Below are positions 49,730-59,490 of a stretch of DNA of 64,000 nt, in pieces; within the stretch, counting starts at the first letter, position 1, and each line of letters begins with the position of its first letter. The stretch comes from Polyangiales bacterium (GTDB taxonomy: Bacteria > Myxococcota_A > Polyangia > Polyangiales > Polyangiaceae), in assembly GCA_038231275.1 (NCBI GenBank), contig JBBRLQ010000011.1:64001-128000 (forward strand), read 5' to 3'. The notes under the pieces were generated by a model that ran no database searches, was not told the origin of the DNA, and saw only the letters and a program-made list of their open reading frames with translations. The position numbers were made by a program, and so were the translations under genes.

Positions 49730-51004
49730 ATGCGACACGCACTCCCCACCTTCCTTGGCCTCGCCCTCGTCATCTCCGCGGTCGCCTGCAGCGGCTCGAA
49801 GTCCGCGTCGACCGCTGCGGTGGCGAACGGCGCTCCGCCCAGCACTCCTGCGTCCGTGAGCTGCGCAAGCTTCGCGAGCCCGACGGCCACCGCCAGCTCG
49901 CGCGCGCTCCTCTACTCGACCCTCACGGCAACGACGTGGACGAACACGTATTGCGGCTCCTCGTGTCTCTCGCTCACGCTCGGCCAGGGCGGTGGGTACA
50001 CGCTCTCGTTTCCGTCCGGCTACTACGGCGGAACGTCGATCGAGTCCCACGTCGATAGCGGCTCGTGGAACTTCGCGGTCATCGACTCCACGCGCGGCGT
50101 CGTGTGCCTCGACGGCGCGGTCGCGACGCCCACGCGTCCCGGCGGGCAGGCGAACTTGCCGAGCGTCCTTCACTTCGAGCTTCCGACGTCGGGCCGAGGC
50201 CAGCAGTTGCTCCGGATCGGTCCCTACGGCTTCACCGCCGGCGAATCGCAGTCGCGCACCAGCGCCGCCGCCGACGCGCTCCCCAACGTCGCCGTTTCGC
50301 CGGCCTTCGCGGCGCTCGCGGGCGCGACGTGGAGCAAGACCAACGCGTTCGATCCCACCACCGCCCCGCAGGCGTTCATCTTCGACGCGAGCGGCCGCTT
50401 CACCGCGACGTTCGGCGGAGGCGCGTGCACGCAATCGGGCACGATCTCGATCGATCGCGACACGATGCTCACGACGAGCGATCAGGGTCAGACATGCACG
50501 GGCAACAGCTACCCAGGCCGCGTCCCCAACCAGGTCGTGCCCGGCTTCTTCGACGATCTGCTCGTCCTCGGCCAGGGCTCGTACCGCCGCAGCGACGCGG
50601 CGGCAGGGAAGCCCAACGCGTTCGTCTTCGATCCGTACGGCCAGTCGGTGCGCGTCACCGGCACCTACGATGGCGCCCTCAAGGCCGGCGCGGCGACGAC
50701 GATCGCGCTCACCTTCGAGAACGCCGATCCGGCCCTGATCCGCACGCTCGGCACGTTTACGGCGACCATCCAGCCCGCGACGGTGAACTACGGCCAGGCC
50801 CAGACGGCGGGAAAGCTCGTGCCCCTCGGCAGCGTCGACCTCGCCGGCGTCACCCTCGGACCGGGCGAGAAGCACTACGCGACGATCGCCGTCACCCCGC
50901 CCGCCGCGGGCGACACCTTCGCGCTTCAGATGCGCGTCACGTTCGCCGACGTCACGAAGAAGTACGACGGCGAGCACACCTTCATGACCGCCGTGACGCA
51001 ATAG
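49730..51004 (+). CDS. Hypothetical lipoprotein, beta-rich
   Basis: Lipobox AVAC; Thr/Ser/Gly-rich; GGGGGA SD. Confidence 0.75.
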   Translation: MRHALPTFLGLALVISAVACSGSKSASTAAVANGAPPSTPASVSCASFASPTATASSRALLYSTLTATTWTNTYCGSSCLSLTLGQGGGYTLSFPSGYYGGTSIESHVDSGSWNFAVIDSTRGVVCLDGAVATPTRPGGQANLPSVLHFELPTSGRGQQLLRIGPYGFTAGESQSRTSAAADALPNVAVSPAFAALAGATWSKTNAFDPTTAPQAFIFDASGRFTATFGGGACTQSGTISIDRDTMLTTSDQGQTCTGNSYPGRVPNQVVPGFFDDLLVLGQGSYRRSDAAAGKPNAFVFDPYGQSVRVTGTYDGALKAGAATTIALTFENADPALIRTLGTFTATIQPATVNYGQAQTAGKLVPLGSVDLAGVTLGPGEKHYATIAVTPPAAGDTFALQMRVTFADVTKKYDGEHTFMTAVTQ

Positions 51005-51013
51005 CGCAGAGCC

Positions 51014-52585
51014 TCAGCGCGCGAGCTGCTCGCTCAGCGGGTCCTTCCACTCTGGGAGCATGTTGTCGTCGGTGATGACGCGCGCGGTCGTGACGCGCGC
51101 GAGGAGGCTCTCCTTCGACTCGAGGCCCTCGCGATCCGGCGGCTGCTCCTTGATCGTGTCGGCGAACTCGAGCAGCTCCGCCAGGCGGTTGCGATCGTGC
51201 TCCTCCGAGAGATCGAGCGCCGGCTCGCCGTGGATGCGGATGCCGAGGAGCAGCTCACGCCACTTGTCCTTGTCGAGGGCGAGCGGCTGATCGCTCACCG
51301 CCATGCAGTTGTAGACGCGCATCCCGAACGGGAAGACCGTGAGGCCGGTCTTCATCGCGTCTTCCGAATGGGTCGTGTTGTAGAAGAAGACGCCGCCGGG
51401 CTCGAGGTGCTGCCGCACGAGGCTCATGTACTCGACGGACAAGAGGTTGGTCGCGTGCCCGCGCCAGTGCCACGTCGTGTTCATGACGGCGAGATCGAAT
51501 TTGCGATCGGGGTGGCGCTGGATCCAGCGGCGGCCGTCGTCGATGACGATCTCGATGCGCGGATCGTCGAGCAACCACGCGACCTCGGGGCGCTCGCGGA
51601 TGATCTTCAAGTATCCGGGGTTGATCTCGACGATCGTGAGGTGACGGATGCCGGGGAGGCTCACCACGACCTGCGCCCACGAGCCCGACGCGAGGCCGAC
51701 CATGAGGGCGTCGTGGTACGAAGGGCGCATCGCGCCGAGGGCGTAGGTGCGGAAGATGCCGTTTCGATCGTATCGGACGCCGGCGTTGAAGATGCCGTCG
51801 TAGGCGCCGCCGCCAAAGACCTCGCCGCTGCCGGTGACGGTGATGACGCCGCTCTTGTTCTCGACGATCTCGGCGAAGCGAAAGCCGTCCGACAGCTCCT
51901 TCTTGTATTGGAGCTTCTCCCAGATTCGATCGAACGCGCGCGGGCTCGACGCCCACGTGCCTGCGCCCGCGGCCACCAGCGCCATCCACGCGCCGGCGCC
52001 CTGGAGGCCGCGCGCCTTGCCGGCGACGAGGAGGCCCGCCACGAGGACGAACCCGCTCATCGCGATCGCGAGCGACACCTTCTCGAGGGGCCACGCGTCG
52101 AGCAGCACGTAGCCGACGACGAGGCTGCCACACGCAGAGCCGACGATATTTGCAAGATACACGTACGAGAGGCGGGCGCCGGCGCGGTCGTCGGGCGCGA
52201 TGCCGAAGTGCGCGACCAGCGGCAGCGCGGCGCCGAGGAGCATCGCGGAGAGGGCCACCGGGAGGAGCGCGACCGTCCACGAGGTCGCGGTCGCCGCCCA
52301 CCCGAGGAAGGGGATGACCGAGAACGACAAGAGCTGCGCGAAGAAGACGAACGCGGCGAGCGAGCGGAGCTGCGCGGGATCGAACGTCGCCTGCTTGCGC
52401 TTGCAGTAGGCGCGGCTCGCGAGCGATCCGAACGCGATGCCGAGGAGGTAGAAGCCAAGGAGCAGGCCGAACGTCATCGGCGAGCCCTTGTTGACGAACG
52501 AGAAGACGCGGTACCAGAGAATCTCGTACGCGAGCGAGATGAGGCCGGCGAGCGCGGCGATCGTGGCGGCGAGAGCGAAGCTCAT
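51014..52585 (-). CDS. Membrane domain + spermidine-synthase-like methyltransferase fold protein
   Basis: ATG52585 overlaps upstream stop; SLAYEILWYR, YLANIVGSACG; VGLASGSWAQ, IVEINPGY, IDDGRRW, NLLSVEY, VITDDN. Confidence 0.85.
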   Translation of the reverse strand: MSFALAATIAALAGLISLAYEILWYRVFSFVNKGSPMTFGLLLGFYLLGIAFGSLASRAYCKRKQATFDPAQLRSLAAFVFFAQLLSFSVIPFLGWAATATSWTVALLPVALSAMLLGAALPLVAHFGIAPDDRAGARLSYVYLANIVGSACGSLVVGYVLLDAWPLEKVSLAIAMSGFVLVAGLLVAGKARGLQGAGAWMALVAAGAGTWASSPRAFDRIWEKLQYKKELSDGFRFAEIVENKSGVITVTGSGEVFGGGAYDGIFNAGVRYDRNGIFRTYALGAMRPSYHDALMVGLASGSWAQVVVSLPGIRHLTIVEINPGYLKIIRERPEVAWLLDDPRIEIVIDDGRRWIQRHPDRKFDLAVMNTTWHWRGHATNLLSVEYMSLVRQHLEPGGVFFYNTTHSEDAMKTGLTVFPFGMRVYNCMAVSDQPLALDKDKWRELLLGIRIHGEPALDLSEEHDRNRLAELLEFADTIKEQPPDREGLESKESLLARVTTARVITDDNMLPEWKDPLSEQLAR

Positions 52586-53268
52586 GCCGTCTCCCGCCCC
52601 TCGGTCGCTACCGCGGTGGAGGCCTCGGCGACGGCCTCGGTCGGAGCCGACGAGGGGGCTTCGCTCGGCGACGACGCGCGCGCCTCCGCGGACTTGCGAT
52701 GCGCGTGGTACGCGTAGATGAGGACGGCGACCGAGAAATTGATCCCGGCGGCGAGGCGCACCGTGCCGGCCTGTCCGAGGCTGCCCATCACGAACGTCGC
52801 GGCCGCGAGCGACGCGAGCGCCGAGCCGAGCGTGTTCACGAAGTAGAGCATTCCGACGCTGCGCCCGACGTTCCCGGAGGCGCGGACCTCGTGCGCGACG
52901 AGGAGGGGGAGGGTGCCGCCCATCAGCATCGTGGGGACGAGGACGAGCGCGAACGTCACGCACGCCGTCGCCGCCGGCGACAAATCGAGCGTCGCTGCGC
53001 CGACGCCGCGGAAGAGCGCGAGCGAGAACAATCCGAACGTCCCGATGCCTGCCTCGACGAGCGAGAAGAGGACCAGCACGGGCCTTCGCGAGTCCTTCGA
53101 CAGCGCGCCGCCCGCGAGGCTCCCGAAGCCGAGCCCCAGCATGAACGCGGTCACCACCATGGTGACCGACTCGATGTTGATGCCGTAGATGGCGAAGAGC
53201 GCGCGCTGCCAGACGAGCTGGTAGAGGAGCGCCGCAAACCCGGAGAGGAAGAATACCAGCCAGATCAA
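52582..53268 (-). CDS. Stand-alone membrane module of the fused MFS/spermidine synthase family
   Basis: FFLSGFAALLYQLVWQRAL, FMLGLGFGS, PTMLMGGTLP, LYFVNTLGSA; TTG start. Confidence 0.85.
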   Translation of the reverse strand: MIWLVFFLSGFAALLYQLVWQRALFAIYGINIESVTMVVTAFMLGLGFGSLAGGALSKDSRRPVLVLFSLVEAGIGTFGLFSLALFRGVGAATLDLSPAATACVTFALVLVPTMLMGGTLPLLVAHEVRASGNVGRSVGMLYFVNTLGSALASLAAATFVMGSLGQAGTVRLAAGINFSVAVLIYAYHAHRKSAEARASSPSEAPSSAPTEAVAEASTAVATEGRETA

Positions 53269-53280
53269 AGGAGCCGCAGA

Positions 53281-53859
53281 CTACTCCAGATCGGCCACAA
53301 GACTCAGCACGACGTGAGGGGGGAGCTCCACCTTCGCCCGGTAGGTCGGGTGGTCCACGGCGAGCGCGATTTCGCGTGATTCCTTCTTGCGCACGCGGTC
53401 CGCGAGGGCCTTTTCGAGCGGGAATTTGAGGTACAGGACCGCCGAGAGGTGGTCCTCGTGGACGCGCTCCGGGTCCCACTTGGCTGGGACGCGCTCCCCG
53501 TCGATGACGAGGTGGACGTGCTTCTCCATCCCGAGGCCCTTGGCCAGGAACTCGTCGCGCACGTCCTTGTCGTCGATCTCGATCATGATCGTCGCGCTGA
53601 GCTCGTCGTCGCCGGGGACGAGCTCGTTGTACGTCGCGATCTCGTGCTCGACCGAGGCCTTCTTGGTGATGCGCTCGGTGCGGAGCATCTCCTGGATTTG
53701 GTAGAGCGCGGTGTCGTGGTTCTCGAAGACGCAGCTGGCGCGGTCGCCGAGCTTCACGCGGCGCTGCTTCTTCTCCTCGATGATGCGCGAGCGGAAGCGC
53801 TCGCGGATCGCCTCGTACTCGCCGAGACCGAGGATTTCGCTGAGCTCGACGCGATGCAT
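53281..53859 (-). CDS. DUF3501 family protein
   Basis: YEAIRERFR..KKQRRV, FEN..T..YQIQEMLRTE, YNELVP, LSAVLYLKF, DHPTY; context. Confidence 0.9.
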   Translation of the reverse strand: MHRVELSEILGLGEYEAIRERFRSRIIEEKKQRRVKLGDRASCVFENHDTALYQIQEMLRTERITKKASVEHEIATYNELVPGDDELSATIMIEIDDKDVRDEFLAKGLGMEKHVHLVIDGERVPAKWDPERVHEDHLSAVLYLKFPLEKALADRVRKKESREIALAVDHPTYRAKVELPPHVVLSLVADLE

Positions 53860-53878
53860 GGCGGTTCTCCTTTCGTCG

Positions 53879-55204
53879 CTACTCGACGGCGACGCCGACG
53901 CCGTACGCGCGGGCGAGCGTCTCGATCGGGTGGAGAGGCTTCCTCCCCATCTCCTTCAGGATGCGCTGGCCGGCGAGCTGGCAGTCGGTGACGACGACCT
54001 CCGCCTCAACGCTGTCGATGCCGCGTACGAGCTTCTGCGCGTACTTGCGGCCCGCCTCGTAGAACTCGGCCTTCATCCCCCACGTGCCGTCGACCGCCGA
54101 GCATTGCTCGACGACCGTGACCTCCGTGTCGGGCAAGAGCGAGAGGACGCGGGCGCCGGGGAAGCCCATTTTCTGAGCGCGGAGGTGACACGGCGCGTGG
54201 TAGGCGACCTTGCCGAGCCCCTCTTTGAAGTCGCGCGAGAGCTTCTTCTCCTTGCGTAACCGATCGAGAAATTCCATCAAATCGAGCGTGTGCGCCGCGA
54301 CGCGCTCGGTGTCGGGTCCGGGGAGGAGATCGCGGTACTCCTTCTTGATGACGTACGAGCACGTCGGCTGCGGGACGACGATCGTGTGACCCTTGTCGAT
54401 CTCCGCGAGCAGGATCGCGATGTTGATCTTGGCCTTCGCGCGCGCCGCGTCGACGTCGCCGCCGTCGAGGTTCGGGATGCCGCAGCACACCTGGCCCTGC
54501 GGGCGAACGACCGCGAAGCCGTTCTTCTCGAGGACGCGCACCGCGTTGGCGCCGACGGAGGGGAAGTTGTAGTCGCACGTGCACGTCGAGAACATCGCGA
54601 CGGTGCCGGCGCTGCCCGAGCCCTCGAGCGGCTCGTGGCTATTTAGCCATTTTTCGAACGTGGTCGCTGCAAACGGCGGTAGCGGAAACTCGGCGGAGAT
54701 GCCGAGCACCTTCTCGTTGATCTTGCGCGTCAGCCGGTTCGCGTTGACGAGGTTCATCACCGGCGAAAAAATTCCGGACGCCGCCGCGCCGAGCTTGCCT
54801 GGCTCGCCGAGGATCGTGTCGGTGAGGGTGACGCCGTTGCGCTTCGCACGGTTGATCTTCTCGCGCGTGAGGAGGCGAGGGACGTCGATCATCCACTCGT
54901 GCCCTTCGTCTGGCGTGTACGGGCACTTGATGTAGCAGAGCTTGCACTGCCAGCAGTTGTCCGTGATGCTCGCGAAGTCCTTGTCGTTCAGCCGCTCGGC
55001 GCCGGTCGCTCCCGCGTCGATGTCGCGATCCACACGCCCGAACATGTCGGGGAACGACGGGCAATAGTTCACGCACATCCGGCAGCCGTGGCACACCTCG
55101 AAGACACGCCGCAGCTCCCCCTCGAGATCCTTCGCGTCGAAATAACGGGGATCGGTGGGTCTGGTGGCGGGAGGGGAAGCGGGCTTCGGATCGATCTTGG
55201 ACAT
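53879..55204 (-). CDS. Rubrerythrin-associated Fe-S oxidoreductase (GlpC/HdrD-like, CCG domains)
   Basis: [45 protein letters not shown]; start ATG55204. Confidence 0.9.
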   Translation of the reverse strand: MSKIDPKPASPPATRPTDPRYFDAKDLEGELRRVFEVCHGCRMCVNYCPSFPDMFGRVDRDIDAGATGAERLNDKDFASITDNCWQCKLCYIKCPYTPDEGHEWMIDVPRLLTREKINRAKRNGVTLTDTILGEPGKLGAAASGIFSPVMNLVNANRLTRKINEKVLGISAEFPLPPFAATTFEKWLNSHEPLEGSGSAGTVAMFSTCTCDYNFPSVGANAVRVLEKNGFAVVRPQGQVCCGIPNLDGGDVDAARAKAKINIAILLAEIDKGHTIVVPQPTCSYVIKKEYRDLLPGPDTERVAAHTLDLMEFLDRLRKEKKLSRDFKEGLGKVAYHAPCHLRAQKMGFPGARVLSLLPDTEVTVVEQCSAVDGTWGMKAEFYEAGRKYAQKLVRGIDSVEAEVVVTDCQLAGQRILKEMGRKPLHPIETLARAYGVGVAVE

Positions 55205-55245
55205 CGGAGTCGGAGTCGGAGTCGGGGTCGGAGTCGGAGTCGGAG
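55204..55245. repeat. Hexanucleotide tandem repeat (TCGGAG)x7
   Basis: tcggag tcggag tcggag tcgggg tcggag tcggag tcggag. Confidence 0.95.
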
Positions 55246-55284
55246 AGCAGGTTGTGCTGCCCTCCGACCGTCCGACGTGCTCGT

Positions 55285-55710
55285 TCAGTTCTTCAGCAAC
55301 TCGAGCATCTTCGTGAAACGCCCCGCGTGGCTCTTCTCCGCCTTCGCGAGCGTCTCGAACCACTCGGCGATGTCGTCGAAGCCCTCGTCGCGCGCGGCCT
55401 TCGCCATGCTCGGGTACATCGACTCGTACTCGTGCGTCTCGCCCTTGATCGACGCCTGAAGGTTCTTCTCCGTGTTGCCGATCGGGAGGCCCGTCGCCGG
55501 ATCACCGACCTGTTTCAAGAAGTCGAGGTGGCCGTGCGCGTGGCCGGTCTCGCCGTCCGCGGTCTCCTTGAAGTTGCCGGCGATCTCCGGGAAGCCCTCG
55601 ACGTCCGCGACCTTTGCGAAATACAGGTAGCGGCGGTTCGCCTGCGACTCGCCGGCGAAGGCGTCCTTCAGGTTCTGGTGCGTCTTGGTTCCGTTCAGTG
55701 ACTTGGCCAT
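55285..55710 (-). CDS. Rubrerythrin (short form without rubredoxin domain)
   Basis: [42 protein letters not shown]. Confidence 0.95.
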   Translation of the reverse strand: MAKSLNGTKTHQNLKDAFAGESQANRRYLYFAKVADVEGFPEIAGNFKETADGETGHAHGHLDFLKQVGDPATGLPIGNTEKNLQASIKGETHEYESMYPSMAKAARDEGFDDIAEWFETLAKAEKSHAGRFTKMLELLKN

Positions 55711-55731
55711 GGCTGTCTCCTTTTCACAAAC

Positions 55732-56217
55732 TCAAGAAACGTTCTCTTCGCGCTCGGCCCGCGCGCACGCAGCGCACGAGCCTCGGTAGATTCGCTCGAC
55801 CGCGCGCACGCGGAAGCCGGGGGCCGCGCGGCCGAGGCGCTTCACGGCGGCCGGCGACGGGGCGAGCGATGGGGCCGGCACGTCTCCGATGGCGCCGCAC
55901 GCCTCGCACACGACGTGGTGGTGCGGTGTGGTGTTCGGATCGAAGCGCGCGGCCTGCCCGACGCGGAGCGTGCCGCTGAGCCCCGCGGCGGCGAGCGCGT
56001 CGAGCGTGTTGTAGACGGTCGCGAAGCTCATTTGCGGGAACTCCGGGCGCAGGCGATCGTAGAGCTCCTGCGCGGTCGGGTGCGTGGCGTCGCTCGCGAA
56101 GTGGCGGACGATCGCCTCGCGCTGCGCCGTGAGCTTGAGGCCGGCGCGCTTCAGGTCCCCGAGCATCTCGCGCGCGCGCGCGTCGATCTCGTGGGGGCTC
56201 GGCGCTCGCTTCGTCAT
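55732..56217 (-). CDS. Fur/PerR family transcriptional repressor
   Basis: LKLTAQR, HPTAQELY, SFATVYNTL, HHHVVCEACG, CAAC. Confidence 0.93.
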   Translation of the reverse strand: MTKRAPSPHEIDARAREMLGDLKRAGLKLTAQREAIVRHFASDATHPTAQELYDRLRPEFPQMSFATVYNTLDALAAAGLSGTLRVGQAARFDPNTTPHHHVVCEACGAIGDVPAPSLAPSPAAVKRLGRAAPGFRVRAVERIYRGSCAACARAEREENVS

Positions 56218-56226
56218 CGCGCAGAG

Positions 56227-56255
56227 AACGTAATGAGAAACTTTCTAAAGTGCAA
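56227..56255 (-). promoter_or_regulatory. sigma70 promoter with Per/Fur-box-like operator in the spacer
   Basis: TTGCAC(56255-50)-17nt-TACGTT(56232-27); 7-1-7 inverted repeat TGAGAAA-C-TTTCTAA at 56234-56248. Confidence 0.8.
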
Positions 56256-56286
56256 CGGTCGACGAACCGACGGAATTTCCCGCGGT

Positions 56287-58125
56287 TCAGCTCCGTTTTC
56301 GACCGCCGAGGACGGCGAGGCGGAAATACGACAGCTGGCTCTTCGCCGCTTGCGCGACCAGATCGAGCGCGTTCTTGTCGCGCGCGCCGGTTCGCCCGGC
56401 GAGCGCGCCGCCCTCGTAGAGCTCGCGCGTCTTGGCGCGCTGGAGCTTGCCGCTCGAGGTCTTGGGGAGCGCGCCCGGGACGACCACGACGACGTCGTCG
56501 AGCGTGAGCGCCATGCCCTCTTGCACCGCCTTGCGCACCGCCTGGCAGAGGGCCTGCGCCGCCTCCGGGCTGTTGGCCTCTTGGGCCTCGAACGCGACGA
56601 CCACGCGCTCGCGATCGCGGTCCGTGCCCCTCGGATCGCGCGCGCCGAACGCGATGACGTTCCCCTTGCGAACGCCCGGCACCTTGCCAGCCTCCCACTC
56701 CATGTCCTGCGGGTAGTAGTTGCGGCCGTTGAGGATGACGACCTCCTTCGAGCGCCCGCAGATGTAGACGCGCCCGTCGTGGACGAAGCCTAGGTCGCCG
56801 GTGCGGAGGAACGGGCCGGCGAAGGCGTCGCGCGTGCGCTCCGCGTCTTCCCAGTAACCCTTCATGACGCTGGGCCCGGCGATGCGGATCTCGCCGACCT
56901 TGCCGTCGGGCAGCGGGCGCTCGCTCGACGCGTCGTCGGCGTCGAAGATCCGGACGGTGTGATCCGGGAACTCGCGCCCGCACGACACGAGGCGAACGGC
57001 CCGCTCGTCGTCGCCCGTCACGATCTTCGCCTCGCTCTCGGCGTAGAGCACCTCCCCGTCGACGGCGAGCGTCTTCACGCCTTCGCCGAGCTCGCTGAAC
57101 GTGACGGCGAGCGAGGACTCGGCCATTCCGTACGACGGGAGCAGCGCCTCCTTCGCGAAGCCGACCGACGCGAAGGCCGCCGCGAATCTGTCGAGCGTCT
57201 CCGGCCGAATGGGCTCGGCCCCGCAGCCGGCGACGCGCCAGCTCGAGAGATCGAGGCCCGCAAGCTCCCTCTCACGGATGCGCTTCACGCAGAGCGCGTA
57301 GGCGAAATTGGGCCCAAACGCGATCGTCCCCTTGTGGCGCGAGATCGCCTGGAACCAGCTCACCGGCCGCTTCAGGAAGAGCAGCGGCGGCAAGAACACC
57401 ACTGGGACGCGGTGGAAGATTGGCGCCAGCACGAAGCCGATGAGCCCCATGTCGTGGTAGAGCGGCAGCCACGATACGCCGATATCGCCGTCACGCGCGT
57501 GGAGGCCGTCGTCCATGATGCACTTCACGTTGCGGGCGAGGTTCTCGTGCGTCAGCGCAACGCCTTTGGGGCGCGACGTCGAGCCGCTCGTGAACTGCAG
57601 GAACGCGAGATCGTCCATCCCGATTTTCTCGGGTTTGAGCGCCTCCATCGACTCGCGGATCCCTTCGATGGCGACGACCTCCTCGAGCGCCGGGCAGGCG
57701 GCCTGGACCGTCCCGAGGAGGCGCTTGATCTTGGAGCTCGTGACCAGCGCGCGCGCGCCGCTCTTGGCGACCACGTGCCGCGTGTTGTCGAGGTAGGCCT
57801 GAAGCTGCCCGAGGCCGAGGGGCGGGTAGATGGGGACCGGCACGATGCCCGCGCGGATCGCGCCGAAAAAGCAGAGGACGAAATCCTCGTTGGTCGGCAG
57901 GACGAGCGCGACGCGGTCACCCTTCTTGAGACCGAGGGCCTGGAGCGCGCCGCCATAGCGCGCGCTGGCGCGTTCGATCGCGGTGAAGGAGAACGACGCC
58001 TCGCTGGTGCCCGATCCGGGCGATGTGCCAGGGACGCCCTCCTCGGGGACGAAGCGAAAGCCTCGCGTGGGGTCGGCCTTGGCGGCCTCCTCGACGGCGT
58101 GAGCGAGCGTGATGAGCGCAGGCAT
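56287..58125 (-). CDS. Fatty acyl-AMP ligase (FAAL)
   Basis: AFLQFTSGSTSRPKG, SWLPLYHDMGLIG, PSYGMAE, FAAL insertion before LVSCG, RTGDLG, YYPQDME, LPKTSSGK. Confidence 0.92.
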   Translation of the reverse strand: MPALITLAHAVEEAAKADPTRGFRFVPEEGVPGTSPGSGTSEASFSFTAIERASARYGGALQALGLKKGDRVALVLPTNEDFVLCFFGAIRAGIVPVPIYPPLGLGQLQAYLDNTRHVVAKSGARALVTSSKIKRLLGTVQAACPALEEVVAIEGIRESMEALKPEKIGMDDLAFLQFTSGSTSRPKGVALTHENLARNVKCIMDDGLHARDGDIGVSWLPLYHDMGLIGFVLAPIFHRVPVVFLPPLLFLKRPVSWFQAISRHKGTIAFGPNFAYALCVKRIRERELAGLDLSSWRVAGCGAEPIRPETLDRFAAAFASVGFAKEALLPSYGMAESSLAVTFSELGEGVKTLAVDGEVLYAESEAKIVTGDDERAVRLVSCGREFPDHTVRIFDADDASSERPLPDGKVGEIRIAGPSVMKGYWEDAERTRDAFAGPFLRTGDLGFVHDGRVYICGRSKEVVILNGRNYYPQDMEWEAGKVPGVRKGNVIAFGARDPRGTDRDRERVVVAFEAQEANSPEAAQALCQAVRKAVQEGMALTLDDVVVVVPGALPKTSSGKLQRAKTRELYEGGALAGRTGARDKNALDLVAQAAKSQLSYFRLAVLGGRKRS

Positions 58126-58216
58126 CGTGGCCCGGGTTTAGCAGAGGCGCGGCCGGTCCACAAAATGGAGACTACGGCGTCGGTGTGACCAAAATGATGT
58201 AAAGAACGGGCCCTAG

Positions 58217-59482
58217 ATGACTCCTTCTTTTGTGCGCGCGGCGGGGTGCAAGGTCGCCCTTGCCGCGCTGGCCGCCCTCGCGGTCCTTCTTTTCTCGGAA
58301 TCGGCGCACGCGTACGCGTGGATGATTCGCCACGAATACACCGCGTGCGCACAGTGCCACGCCGATCCCTCGGGCGGCAGCCTTCTCACCTTGTATGGAC
58401 GCGCGCAGGGCGAGCTGCTCCTCCGCACGCCGTACCGGAAGCGCGCGGACGACGAGGAGGCCGGCAAGGTCGCGAACTTCCTGTTCGGCGCGTTCGATTT
58501 GCCGGAGTCGGTCCTCCTCGGCGCCGACGCGCGATCGCTCAGCCTCGCCCAGCGCACCAGCGCCGGCTCGCTCAAGGACGTGCGCTACCGGTTCTTCGAC
58601 GGCAAGCGGCCTCCCCTCATCATGCAGGCGGACGCGCAGGGTCAGGTGACGGTCGGGCGTTTCCGCGCGAACGCGAGCGCCGGCTACGCGTACGACGGCG
58701 CGCTCGCCGCGTCGCTCACGCGCGGTCAGGATCAGTCGGGCCGCGCCGTCTCGCGCGCGCACTGGCTTGGCGTGGATCTCGGCGAGGACAAGCAGTTTCT
58801 CCTTCGCGGCGGCCGCATCAACTTGCCGTTCGGCCTCCGACACATCGAGCACACGATGTGGGTCCGCTCCGCGACGCGCACCGACACCAACGCGGCGCAG
58901 GATCACGGCGTCGCCTTCTCGTACAGCGGCGCCGGTCTCCGCGCGGAGGTGATGGCGATCGCCGGCAACTTCCAGGTTCGCCCCGACGCGTTCCGCGATC
59001 GCGGATATGCGGGCTATGTCGAGCTCGCGCCGACGCAGAGGCTGACGGTCGGCGGCAGCAGCATGGTCGTGCACGCCGACGACGATCTGCGCCTCGGCAC
59101 GCCCATCTGGCGCCACGCGCACGGCGTCTTCGGGCGCTTCTCCCCGCTGCCGATGCTCGTCCTCCTCGCCGAGTCCGATCTGCTCGTGCAGTCCCAGCCC
59201 GTCGGCGCCATCAACTCGCACCGCACGCAAGTCGGCACCGCGAACCTCCTCCAAGCCGACGTCGAGCCGGTGCAAGGCGTCCACGTCATCGTGGCGGGCG
59301 AGCTCTACGATCAGGAGCCCGCACGCATCGGCCCGACGTTCGACGTCTGGGGCGGCGCGCAGTGGTTCTTCGCGCCGCACGCCGATTTCAGGCTCGATCT
59401 GGTCTACGAAGCGCGGCCCGTGTCGACCACCCTTACCGCGGGGGCGACGACCTTCCTCGCGCAGTTCCACGTGTACCTGTGA
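58217..59482 (+). CDS. Porin-like outer-membrane beta-barrel with N-terminal CxxCH
   Basis: Signal peptide AHA/Y; CAQCHADPSGG; LRGGRINLPFGLR; C-terminal AQFHVYL. Confidence 0.72.
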   Translation: MTPSFVRAAGCKVALAALAALAVLLFSESAHAYAWMIRHEYTACAQCHADPSGGSLLTLYGRAQGELLLRTPYRKRADDEEAGKVANFLFGAFDLPESVLLGADARSLSLAQRTSAGSLKDVRYRFFDGKRPPLIMQADAQGQVTVGRFRANASAGYAYDGALAASLTRGQDQSGRAVSRAHWLGVDLGEDKQFLLRGGRINLPFGLRHIEHTMWVRSATRTDTNAAQDHGVAFSYSGAGLRAEVMAIAGNFQVRPDAFRDRGYAGYVELAPTQRLTVGGSSMVVHADDDLRLGTPIWRHAHGVFGRFSPLPMLVLLAESDLLVQSQPVGAINSHRTQVGTANLLQADVEPVQGVHVIVAGELYDQEPARIGPTFDVWGGAQWFFAPHADFRLDLVYEARPVSTTLTAGATTFLAQFHVYL

Positions 59483-59490
59483 GGCCCACG

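Noticed and set aside
52582..52585. Frameshifted pseudogene reading of the split spermidine-synthase-like pair
   Set aside because: Clean ATGA coupling and both halves intact with their own N-terminal TM motif, so treated as two genes
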